The notes: a model not told the origin generated them from the letters alone. DNA of 64,000 nucleotides from an uncultured Bacteroidaceae bacterium (GCA_905234125.1 CAJOGQ010000002.1:455-64454), one strand, 5' to 3'. Shown: positions 1 through 7,224, counted from the stretch's first letter. Made by a program: numbers and translations.

Positions 1-64
1 GGTTCTGAAAACGATTCTGAACATTCGGAAAATGCTTCTGAATGTTCGGAAAACACGCCGAAGG

Positions 65-97
65 CTCCGACAATTTTTGTCGGGGTCTTTTATTTTT
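65..97 (+). terminator. Rho-independent terminator-like hairpin
   Basis: Stem CCGACAA (67-73) pairs with TTGTCGG (77-83) around a 3-nt loop, followed by the T-rich run TCTTTTATTTTT. It probably ends a + strand gene lying left of the window. Confidence 0.5.
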
Positions 98-99
98 CG

Positions 100-107
100 T
101 ATTTTTG
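100..107 (+). promoter_or_regulatory. Bacteroidota -7 promoter box (TAnnTTTG)
   Basis: TATTTTTG lies 34 nt upstream of the ATG at 141. Confidence 0.5.
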
Positions 108-140
108 CTGCGCAAAACAGATTAACATAACAACAAAATA

Positions 141-2405
141 ATGTCTATGATTCAACAGAAAGTGAGCCTGTTCCAGAACCTGCGGGCAGTGTCCAGCAAG
201 GCGATTGACCTGGAGGAGGTGGTGAGACTGATCCAGTATGACCTGGACGTGACAGAAAAGACGGAGGCGTATCGCCAGATGAAGCGGATCCTCGGGAAGC
301 CGAAGGCGGACGAGGAGGTGAAGGAGCAACGGATGCCGGCGGTGTCGGTGGCGGTGCTCTTCGATGGGATCGGGAGGAAGGCTCCGCATGTGCTGGGAGT
401 GACGGGGCTGGCGCTGTGCGATATTGATCATATCGCAAGTGAAAAGGGAAAAGTGAAAAGTGAAAAATTTGCTACCGCCATCGACGAGGCCTTTGAAAAG
501 GCGAAGGGGGATCCTCACACGCTCATTGCCTACCGCACCATCAGCGACGAGGGACTACGGATTATCTATCGATATGTGCGGGGAAACTCTCAACTCTCAA
601 CCCTAAACTCTCAACCATCATTAACCCTCATTCCCTGGAAGGCGGCCTTCCTGAAGGGCAACCAGCACTTTGCGGAGGTGGTGGGGCATGCGTATGATGC
701 GGGGTGCAGTGACTACACGCGGCTGTGTGGGTTGGCGCACGATCCCGATGTGTATGTGAACTGGGAAGCGGAGCCGTTTGTGGTGACGGACGAAGAAGTC
801 TTGGCGGCGAACTTCGACGGGAAGGAGGAGAAGGGGAAGCCCAGGAAGGAGTATCCGGCAGGGACGCATCAGGTGGGCGTGGAGGAGGCATGGCCCAAGG
901 TGGAGCAGACCCTGCAGCGGCGGCAGATGGTCTATGAGAGCGGACACCACCACGACTACGTGATGCACGCGGCGTTCCTCTTCAACCGCTATGGGGTGGA
1001 TGAGGACGAGCTGCAGGAGTGGGCTGACACGGAGTGGAGCAACTACGATGCCAAGCAACGCAAAGCGACCATCAGGAGCTGCTACAAGAAGACGGAGGAG
1101 CATGGCACGTGGCGGCTGAACCGTCAGGGACGGAAGGGAAAGGAGACCTCGATGATCACCCTGCCTGAGATCCGCGAGTGGCTGAAGGGGCATGTGGAGG
1201 TCATCTACAACGTGGTGACGGACATGTCGATGTGGCGGCGTCCACAGGATGCGGACTGGCAGCAGTTGGACGAGCGTGTGGTGCGCTCCATGCGCTGCCA
1301 GATGGCCTTGGACACGGGCAAGCGTGTGCTGAGGACGGATGTGGAGGATGTGCTCAAGAGCGACTTCGCACGGCTCTACCATCCCGTCAGGGAGTATGTG
1401 GAGACACTGCCCCAGTGGGACGGGACAGACCGTGTGGGGGAACTCTGCAGTCACCTCACGGCAGAGGCGGTGCAGCAGCATCAGACACCCGAAGAGGCGC
1501 AGGAGCTGCTTCGCTGGGCTTTGCACAAGTGGATGGTGGCGATGGTGGCGACGTGGATGAGCGACAGCATGACCAACCACTCCATCTTCGTGCTCATCGG
1601 CGCACAGGGCATCTACAAGACCACCTTCTTCCGCCACCTCCTGCCTCCACCCCTCTGGATGTACTTCTGGGAGAACGCCCACAACTCCTTCTCGTCGAAA
1701 GACGACCATCTGGCACTGGCCGAGAACTGCGTGGTGGAGATAGAGGAGATAGACCTGCAGAGTCCACGCGACATCTCCGAACTGAAAGCCTTGGCCACGA
1801 GCGAGAAGGTGAAGGAGCGCAGACCCTACGCACGGTTCCGTGAGGAGAAGCACCGCCTGGCCTCGTTCTGCGGGTCGGGCAACCAGGAACGTTTCCTCAG
1901 CGACGACACGGGCAACCGGCGATGGCTCTGCTTCAAGGTGAGCCACATTGACGACCCACGGCAGTGGGGAATGGACTATGACCAGCTCTATGCCCAGCTG
2001 CGCGACGAGTGGCGACAGGGCTTCCAGCATTGGTTCGACACGGAGGAGCAGCGGCGTGTGGAGCGCCAGAACCAGTGCTTCCGCATCGAGAGCGACGAGG
2101 AGCAGCTCATCCGCACCCACCTGCGGCCACCACGTGTGGGCGAGAAGATCACCCTGATGAATGCGGCCAGCATCTGCCAGTGCATCAACGGGGGAATTGT
2201 GGGCAGGGGACTGAGCACGAGGAAGGTGAGCTTAGCGATGGGGCGACTCGGATTCAAGAGCATGCACACCAAGGCCGGCAACTTCTTCAAGGTGTTCCAA
2301 ATACCCGTCAATGAGATACAGCCCTCCCTGGCCATCCCATGCGATGAATCGGAGGAGGAAGGCACGGATGAGCCAACCGTACAGCAAGGCGAATTGCCCT
2401 TTTGA
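141..2405 (+). CDS. VirE-like (virulence-associated protein E family) primase/helicase-type P-loop protein with a VirE_N/BT4734-like N-terminal domain
   Basis: 754-aa ORF. It has the Walker A-like segment LIGAQGIYKTTFFRHL and a Walker B-like segment VVEIEEID. The layout matches the VirE family common in Bacteroidales islands and phage-like elements. Confidence 0.75.
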   Translation: MSMIQQKVSLFQNLRAVSSKAIDLEEVVRLIQYDLDVTEKTEAYRQMKRILGKPKADEEVKEQRMPAVSVAVLFDGIGRKAPHVLGVTGLALCDIDHIASEKGKVKSEKFATAIDEAFEKAKGDPHTLIAYRTISDEGLRIIYRYVRGNSQLSTLNSQPSLTLIPWKAAFLKGNQHFAEVVGHAYDAGCSDYTRLCGLAHDPDVYVNWEAEPFVVTDEEVLAANFDGKEEKGKPRKEYPAGTHQVGVEEAWPKVEQTLQRRQMVYESGHHHDYVMHAAFLFNRYGVDEDELQEWADTEWSNYDAKQRKATIRSCYKKTEEHGTWRLNRQGRKGKETSMITLPEIREWLKGHVEVIYNVVTDMSMWRRPQDADWQQLDERVVRSMRCQMALDTGKRVLRTDVEDVLKSDFARLYHPVREYVETLPQWDGTDRVGELCSHLTAEAVQQHQTPEEAQELLRWALHKWMVAMVATWMSDSMTNHSIFVLIGAQGIYKTTFFRHLLPPPLWMYFWENAHNSFSSKDDHLALAENCVVEIEEIDLQSPRDISELKALATSEKVKERRPYARFREEKHRLASFCGSGNQERFLSDDTGNRRWLCFKVSHIDDPRQWGMDYDQLYAQLRDEWRQGFQHWFDTEEQRRVERQNQCFRIESDEEQLIRTHLRPPRVGEKITLMNAASICQCINGGIVGRGLSTRKVSLAMGRLGFKSMHTKAGNFFKVFQIPVNEIQPSLAIPCDESEEEGTDEPTVQQGELPF
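438..467. repeat. GTGAAAA-type heptamer array (4 units) in frame inside the VirE-like gene
   Basis: The sequence is GTGAAAA GGGAAAA GTGAAAA GTGAAAA, translated as SEKGKVKSEKF. Confidence 0.85.
585..616. repeat. AACTCTC-type heptamer array (4+ units) in frame inside the VirE-like gene
   Basis: The sequence is AACTCTC AACTCTC AACCCTA AACTCTC AACC, translated as NSQLSTLNSQP. Confidence 0.85.
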
Positions 2406-2413
2406 GCAGGGAA

Positions 2414-2527
2414 GGTGAAGGTAGTGAAGGTAGAAATAGTAACTTTTATATAAAGAAAAACATTTAGGCTTAGACTAAATAATTTCCTATAGGGGAAGTT
2501 GTGTTTTCTACCTTCACTACCTTCACC
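2414..2527. repeat. Perfect 20-bp inverted repeat flanking a 74-bp AT-rich spacer
   Basis: GGTGAAGGTAGTGAAGGTAG (2414-2433) and its exact reverse complement CTACCTTCACTACCTTCACC (2508-2527). The structure starts 9 nt after the virE-like stop codon. Confidence 0.9.
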
Positions 2528-2617
2528 GGACAACTGAAAAGCCCCTCGGAAAGAGGCCATTTAACCCATTCAAATCACTCATTTAACTTATCTAAACCAC
2601 ACATTTGCAACTGACTT

Positions 2618-2809
2618 ATGAAAGCAATGACGAAACAGCAGCTGGCCGACCGTGCCGGCGTGACCGTGAGAACCCTGAACAACTGGTGCAAACCGCATCG
2701 GCAGACCCTCATCCGCATGGGGGTGAGGCCTAATATGCGGGTGCTGCCCCCGCATGTGGTGAAGTGGATGGTGGAGACATTCTGCATCGAGGTGGAGGAA
2801 GGGAATTAA
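2618..2809 (+). CDS. Small HTH DNA-binding protein, DUF4248-like
   Basis: 63-aa ORF. It has the HTH-like segment QQLADRAGVTVRTLNNW and the tail RVLPPHVVKWMVETF. Size, pattern and position after a VirE-like gene match the Bacteroidales DUF4248 family. Confidence 0.65.
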   Translation: MKAMTKQQLADRAGVTVRTLNNWCKPHRQTLIRMGVRPNMRVLPPHVVKWMVETFCIEVEEGN

Positions 2810-2865
2810 AATGCCTTATCTGACCGAGGGTGCATGAGGCGGAAAATGAGGGGTGAGGGATGTCG

Positions 2866-2873
2866 TAACTTTG
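2866..2873 (+). promoter_or_regulatory. -7 promoter box (TAACTTTG)
   Basis: It lies 69 nt upstream of the ATG at 2942. It is part of an 11-bp inverted repeat: TAACTTTGTAG (2866-2876) with CTACAAAGTTA (2931-2941). Confidence 0.5.
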
Positions 2874-2941
2874 TAGTGTCAATGAAAAGCATTGACGGGG
2901 AATTTTTCCTCAATTTCTTAACTCTTTAATTCTACAAAGTT

Positions 2942-3499
2942 ATGAGCGTATTTTACAAGAAGTACCAGAACAAGAACGAGCAGAGCGTCTCGTTCGGCAA
3001 GTGGTTCGCTCGTGCCGTGACCTTGGGCAAGACCGTGGATGTGAAAGCCCTGGCCAAGCACATGTCCGAACACAACACGCCCTACTCTGAGGGTGTCATC
3101 AGGGGTGTGCTCACCGACATGGTGAACTGCATCCGCGAGCTGGTGCTGGATGGCCGTTCCGTGAAGCTGGAGAACCTTGCCATCTTCTCTGCCGGTATCC
3201 AGACCAAGAAGGGTGGTGCCCGCACCTCCGAGGAGTTCAGCACCTCGAAGCACATCATCAGCGTGTACCTGCGTGCCCGTGCCACGGGCAACTTCACACG
3301 TGACGAACTCACCAAGGCTGGCAACGTGACCGAACTGCCGAAGAACTTCACCGACTACAAGGAGGAAGAGGAGGACGAGAACACGGGCACTGGCGGTGAG
3401 AACACAGGCGAGAACACCGGCACGGGTGGCCAGACCACTGGCGGTCAGACTGAAGGCAATGATGGGCCTCCACCTGAAGGCGGTGGATTTGGAGGATAG
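2942..3499 (+). CDS. Bacteroidales histone-like (HU-related) DNA-binding protein with a Gly/Thr/Glu-rich C-terminal tail
   Basis: 185-aa ORF. The N-terminal ~120 aa resemble the HU-like putative DNA-binding proteins of Bacteroides/Prevotella. The tail is ENTGTGGENTGENTGTGGQTTGGQTEG. Confidence 0.65.
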   Translation: MSVFYKKYQNKNEQSVSFGKWFARAVTLGKTVDVKALAKHMSEHNTPYSEGVIRGVLTDMVNCIRELVLDGRSVKLENLAIFSAGIQTKKGGARTSEEFSTSKHIISVYLRARATGNFTRDELTKAGNVTELPKNFTDYKEEEEDENTGTGGENTGENTGTGGQTTGGQTEGNDGPPPEGGGFGG

Positions 3500-3515
3500 T
3501 CAGACGGAGCCTGAA

Positions 3516-3557
3516 GTGAAAAGTGAAAAGTGAAAAGTGAAAAGTGAAAAGTTAAAA
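3516..3557. repeat. Tandem heptamer array, (GTGAAAA)x5 plus a degenerate unit
   Basis: Five perfect GTGAAAA units (3516-3550) are followed by GTTAAAA. The array starts 17 nt after the stop of the HU-like gene. Confidence 0.95.
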
Positions 3558-3652
3558 ATCTAAGTATCCCCCATCCGGGTAGGAAGTAAACAGCTGCCGC
3601 AACAGGACAAATAACTTTTATACCGAACTGACGTTAAAAAAAAATTATTTTT

Positions 3653-3763
3653 ATGAAACTATTGAAAGATATGAAAAGGTGGAAAAACATCATTCAGTTC
3701 ATCATTACAGTGCTTACAGCAATCCTGAGTTCGTTCTTTGTGCAATCGTGTAAAAACCTCTGA
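3653..3763 (+). CDS. 36-aa single-TM peptide (resembles the small 'smalltalk'-type peptides annotated next to amidases in Bacteroidales)
   Basis: Translated by eye as MKLLKDMKRWKNIIQFIITVLTAILSSFFVQSCKNL, ending in TGA at 3761-3763. It is below the ORF-track length cut-off and ends 5 nt before the amidase ATG. An alternative in-frame ATG is at 3671. Confidence 0.5.
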   Translation: MKLLKDMKRWKNIIQFIITVLTAILSSFFVQSCKNL

Positions 3764-3768
3764 CGACG

Positions 3769-4179
3769 ATGAGGCGGATTGATCTGATTGTTGTACATTG
3801 CTCTGCCACGCGATGTGACCGCCCCTTCACGGTGGAAGCCCTGATCCGATGTCACGACAAGCGCTTCGGATTCACGGGCTACCACTACTACATCACCCGA
3901 AATGGACGCACCTACCAGACCAGACATGAGCATCTGGTGGGTGCCCATGCCCGGGGGTATAACCAACACTCGTTGGGGGTGTGCTACGAAGGGGGGCTGG
4001 ACGAGCGTGGAAATCCTGCCGACACCCGTACAGATCGGCAGAAGAAAGCACTCTTGAAACTGCTCCGACGACTGAAGGAGGCTCATCCCGATGCAAAGAT
4101 CCTCGGACATCGTGACCTTCCGCATGTAGCCAAGGCCTGTCCCTGCTTCGATGCCGAGACTGAGTACCAGAACCTGTAA
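3769..4179 (+). CDS. N-acetylmuramoyl-L-alanine amidase (Amidase_2 / PGRP fold)
   Basis: 136-aa ORF. It carries motifs typical of AmpD/T7-lysozyme-type amidases: IVVHCSAT, GYHYYI, HARGYN and LGHRDL. Confidence 0.8.
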   Translation: MRRIDLIVVHCSATRCDRPFTVEALIRCHDKRFGFTGYHYYITRNGRTYQTRHEHLVGAHARGYNQHSLGVCYEGGLDERGNPADTRTDRQKKALLKLLRRLKEAHPDAKILGHRDLPHVAKACPCFDAETEYQNL

Positions 4180-4259
4180 AAACATCAGAAATTCTTGCGT
4201 CTCCACACCCAAATCAAAAAATAAAGTGGATTTTGATTGGTGGTGTGGGGATTTTGTTT

Positions 4260-4267
4260 TATCTTTG
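4260..4267 (+). promoter_or_regulatory. -7 promoter box (TATCTTTG)
   Basis: It lies 49 nt upstream of the ATG at 4316. Confidence 0.5.
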
Positions 4268-4315
4268 CAACGGAATTTGGTGATTAACAAACAACTAATA
4301 AACTAAACAACAATT

Positions 4316-5125
4316 ATGGCAGATTTATCTAATTTTTCTTTGGAAGGTAAGAACGCCTGGATTACTGGTGCTTCTTATGGTATTGGTTTCAACATCGCTA
4401 AGGCTTTTGTGAAGGCTGGTGCGAAGACGATCGTGTTTAACGACATCAACGAGGCTGCTCTGCAACGTGGTCTGGACAACTACAAGGAGGCTGGCATCAC
4501 GAACGTGAAGGGTTATGTGTGTGACGTAACGGACGAGAAGGCTGTAAAGGCATTGGTGGAGACGATTCACAAGGAGGTGGGTCAGATTGATATTCTCGTG
4601 AACAACGCCGGCATCATCAAGCGCATCCCCATGCATGAGATGGCTCGTCAGGAGTTTCAGCAGGTCATCGATGTTGACCTTGTGGCTCCTTTCATCTGTT
4701 CCAGCGCTGTGTTGCCTGAAATGATGGAGCGTAAAGAGGGCAAGATCATCAACATCTGCTCGATGATGAGTGAGTTGGGTCGTGAGACGGTGAGTGCCTA
4801 CGCTGCCGCCAAGGGTGGTCTGAAGATGCTGACCCGCAACATCTGCTCGGAATATGGCGAGTACAACATCCAGTGCAACGGCATTGGCCCTGGCTATATT
4901 GCCACTCCTCAGACGGCTCCTCTGCGCGAACGTCAGCCTGATGGTTCTCGTCATCCATTTGATTCCTTCATCTGTGCCAAAACTCCAGCCGGCCGTTGGC
5001 TCGATCCTGCTGAGTTGGGTGGACCCGCTGTGTTCCTGGCTTCCCATGCTTCGGATGCTGTGAATGGTCATGTGCTCTACGTGGATGGTGGCATCTTGGC
5101 ATACATCGGCAAGCAGCCTAAATAG
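4316..5125 (+). CDS. Short-chain dehydrogenase/reductase, gluconate 5-dehydrogenase / KduD-like
   Basis: 269-aa ORF. It has the TGASYGIG cofactor motif, NNAG, and a YAAAKGG catalytic Y-x3-K. Confidence 0.75.
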   Translation: MADLSNFSLEGKNAWITGASYGIGFNIAKAFVKAGAKTIVFNDINEAALQRGLDNYKEAGITNVKGYVCDVTDEKAVKALVETIHKEVGQIDILVNNAGIIKRIPMHEMARQEFQQVIDVDLVAPFICSSAVLPEMMERKEGKIINICSMMSELGRETVSAYAAAKGGLKMLTRNICSEYGEYNIQCNGIGPGYIATPQTAPLRERQPDGSRHPFDSFICAKTPAGRWLDPAELGGPAVFLASHASDAVNGHVLYVDGGILAYIGKQPK

Positions 5126-5129
5126 TAGA

Positions 5130-5162
5130 GGGGCAAGGAGCAAGGGGTAAGGAGCAAGAGGA
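5130..5162. repeat. GRGCAAG heptamer array (4.5 units) filling the SDR-rnhB spacer
   Basis: The sequence is GGGCAAG GAGCAAG GGGTAAG GAGCAAG AGGA, and it ends directly at the rnhB ATG (5163). Confidence 0.9.
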
Positions 5163-5780
5163 ATGTTATTACCTTATTATAAAGAAGGTGTGATAGAGGC
5201 TGGCTGTGACGAGGCTGGTCGGGGATGTTTGGCAGGAAGTGTGTTTGCATCGGCTGTGATTTTGCCGACTGACTATCACAACGACCTGCTGAACGACTCG
5301 AAGCAGTTGACAGCTAAGCAAAGATATTTGTTGCGTGATGAAATCGAGCGTGATGCGGTGGCATGGGCATTGGGCATTGTGACGGCAGAAGAGATTGACA
5401 AGATGAACATCTTGCGTGCCAGCATCACGGCCATGCACAGAGCCATCGATGGGCTGAAGGTAAAGCCAGAACACTTGATCATCGACGGCAATAAGTTTAT
5501 GCCCTACAAAAGGGAAGGAACTCTTATTCCCCACACCACCATCGTGAAAGGGGATGGGAAATACCTCTCCATTGCAGCTGCTTCCATCTTGGCAAAGACG
5601 TATCGTGATGATTACATGAAAAAATTGCATCAAGAGTTTCCTTTCTATGGATGGGACCACAATGCGGGCTATCCAACCAAGGAACATCGGCAAGGTATTG
5701 AAATTCACGGAACTACACCTTACCACAGGATGACATTCAACCTCTTGGGAGCCGTTCAACTCGAACTTCCCTTCGCATGA
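5163..5780 (+). CDS. rnhB: Ribonuclease HII
   Basis: 205-aa ORF with the DEAGRGCLAGSV active-site motif and typical RNase HII length. Confidence 0.9.
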   Translation: MLLPYYKEGVIEAGCDEAGRGCLAGSVFASAVILPTDYHNDLLNDSKQLTAKQRYLLRDEIERDAVAWALGIVTAEEIDKMNILRASITAMHRAIDGLKVKPEHLIIDGNKFMPYKREGTLIPHTTIVKGDGKYLSIAAASILAKTYRDDYMKKLHQEFPFYGWDHNAGYPTKEHRQGIEIHGTTPYHRMTFNLLGAVQLELPFA

Positions 5781-5802
5781 CCCCTCACACAATAGGGAAA
5801 AA

Positions 5803-5846
5803 CCCCTTGCAAATAGGAAAAAGCCATTTGCAGGGGGTTATATTTT
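5803..5846 (+). terminator. Rho-independent terminator-like hairpin after rnhB
   Basis: CCCCTTGCAAAT pairs with ATTTGCAGGGGG (11 of 12 bp) around an 11-nt loop, followed by TTATATTTT. Confidence 0.6.
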
Positions 5847-5850
5847 GCCG

Positions 5851-5858
5851 TAACTTTG
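5851..5858 (+). promoter_or_regulatory. -7 promoter box (TAACTTTG)
   Basis: It lies 86 nt upstream of the ATG at 5944. Confidence 0.45.
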
Positions 5859-5943
5859 CAGCACAAAACGAAACCCACACGTTGGGCGGAGTTCAAAAAA
5901 TGAATATCAACTCAAGTATTAACACTTAAAAAAGAATACGATT

Positions 5944-7065
5944 ATGAAGGCTTTAAGAACTACATTCGCAGCAGTCATTCTCTTCATCGGAGCAATGACA
6001 GTAAACGCTCAGAGCATGAGCATCGCAGCTATGCGCAGCAATGCACGGTTCTTGACCGATCGCATGGCTTACACCCTCGGTATCCGCGACCCATACCTCA
6101 TCGACGAGATCTATCGCATCAACTATGACTACATTTGGGGTGTGAACGAGTATCTGGACGATGTAGCACTGGGATACTATTACAACGACTACATGACTGT
6201 GGTGGAAGCACGTGACGTGGCTCTCCAAAACCTGTTGGGCTACACCCTCTGGAATCGTCTCATCAACTACACCTACTTCCACCGTCCCATCGTGTTCGCC
6301 AATCGTGGCTGGCACTTCTCCATCTACGACTACGACCGTTACGGTGTGAATCGTTTCTACTACCACGCACCACGTCCATTGGTGACCTACGTAGGCGGAC
6401 ACTTCTTCCGTCCGATGGCTCCACGCGGTGGCAGAATCGTGGCTCCAGCTCCTCACGCAGTTCCTCGTGGCGGTGTGGTTCCTCGTCCTGGTGGTGCTCC
6501 TGCTCCTGGTGGTGCATATCGTGGTGCAGTGCCTCGCGGTGGTCAGATGAACACGCCCGCCCCACGCATGAACAACAACAACCGCAACATGGGTGGCAAC
6601 TACAATCATAACTATAATAATAATGTGAATAACAATAACAACAACGTGAACATCAATGTGAACAGCAATGCGAACGCTCACAGCAATCCTGGAATGAATC
6701 GTGGCAACGCTAACATGGGTGCTTCCAATATGAATCGTGGCAATGCCAACATGGGTGCTTCCAATATGAATCGTGGCAATGCCAACGCAGGTGCTCCAAA
6801 CATGAACCGTAGCACTCCCAACATGGGCAACCAGATGCGTAGCGGTAGCAACATGAACAGCTCTTCCCGTCAGCCTCAGACTCGTCCACAGATTCAACAG
6901 CAGACTCGCACCAGCGCACCTTCTTTCACCAATGCGTCGATGACCACTCGTAGCAATGCAGGTGCAACGATGAGCAGAGGAGGAGGCGCAACGATGAATC
7001 GCGGTGGAGGCGCAACAATGAATCGCGGAGGTGGTCCAGTAGGCCGTGGTGGAGGACGCAGATAA
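5944..7065 (+). CDS. Secreted hypothetical protein with an Asn/Gly/Arg-rich repetitive C-terminal half
   Basis: 373-aa ORF with the signal peptide MKALRTTFAAVILFIGAMTVNAQ. A Tyr/aromatic-rich N-domain is followed by a PRGG-rich segment, poly-Asn and tandem repeats. I recognise no family. Confidence 0.6.
   Translation: MKALRTTFAAVILFIGAMTVNAQSMSIAAMRSNARFLTDRMAYTLGIRDPYLIDEIYRINYDYIWGVNEYLDDVALGYYYNDYMTVVEARDVALQNLLGYTLWNRLINYTYFHRPIVFANRGWHFSIYDYDRYGVNRFYYHAPRPLVTYVGGHFFRPMAPRGGRIVAPAPHAVPRGGVVPRPGGAPAPGGAYRGAVPRGGQMNTPAPRMNNNNRNMGGNYNHNYNNNVNNNNNNVNINVNSNANAHSNPGMNRGNANMGASNMNRGNANMGASNMNRGNANAGAPNMNRSTPNMGNQMRSGSNMNSSSRQPQTRPQIQQQTRTSAPSFTNASMTTRSNAGATMSRGGGATMNRGGGATMNRGGGPVGRGGGRR
6697..6804. 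repeat. 36-bp coding tandem repeat x3 (NRGNANMGASNM)
   Basis: The units are 6697-6732, 6733-6768 and 6769-6804, nearly identical. A second 24-bp x3 repeat (GGATMNRG) lies at 6961-7032. Confidence 0.9.
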
Positions 7066-7197
7066 GGTTTTCTCTCTCTTTACATAAGAGAGGATGCATT
7101 CGATTTTCTCTCTCTTTCTACTATATATTTTACACTTAATTTTATTGGTTCAGGGCTGTTTTTCGTGAGAAAAGTAGCCCCTTTCTTATTTTTTCAC

Positions 7198-7205
7198 TAC
7201 CTTTG
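7198..7205 (+). promoter_or_regulatory. -7 promoter box (TACCTTTG)
   Basis: It lies 20 nt upstream of the ATG at 7225. It sits inside the longer ORF-track prediction (start 7165), which argues for the 7225 start. Confidence 0.55.
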
Positions 7206-7224
7206 CACCCAAATTCATAACACT

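Noticed and set aside
621-2120. Long ORFs antisense to real genes. Examples are 621..2120(-), 18249..19340(-), 39488..40726(+), 41211..42647(+), 42786..43796(+), 44634..45809(+), 47076..48023(-), 56441..57409(+) and 62125..63306(+).
   Set aside because: Each lies entirely opposite a gene with clear family motifs. Their translations are low-complexity and Arg/His/Leu/Val-rich with no recognisable motifs. They are typical shadow ORFs of moderately GC-rich coding DNA.
2414-2527. The inverted-repeat structures at 2414-2527, 48200-48341 and 60573-60659, considered as classical Bacteroidales promoter invertons.
   Set aside because: No TAnnTTTG box was found in either orientation within the enclosed cores, and no recombinase gene is nearby. 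They are kept as findings only as structures of unknown role.
3516-3557. The heptamer arrays, and the 21-22-nt units at 41268-41362, considered as CRISPR arrays.
   Set aside because: The units are 7 nt (or about 21 nt) long and directly abutting, with no unique spacers. The arrays are only 20-55 nt long. No cas genes are present.
7165-7224. N-terminal extensions in the ORF track. Affected genes are argS (7165), trxA (9794), rpoN (13525), aroA (22863), thioesterase (22754), esterase (28277), GH43 (29883), CotH (31874), dprA (32349), helicase (38555), purL (45761) and patatin (60676).
   Set aside because: The extensions run through or begin inside TAnnTTTG promoter boxes, overlap the neighbouring gene, or use GTG/TTG starts. 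An ATG that yields a canonical N-terminus or signal peptide lies just downstream in each case.
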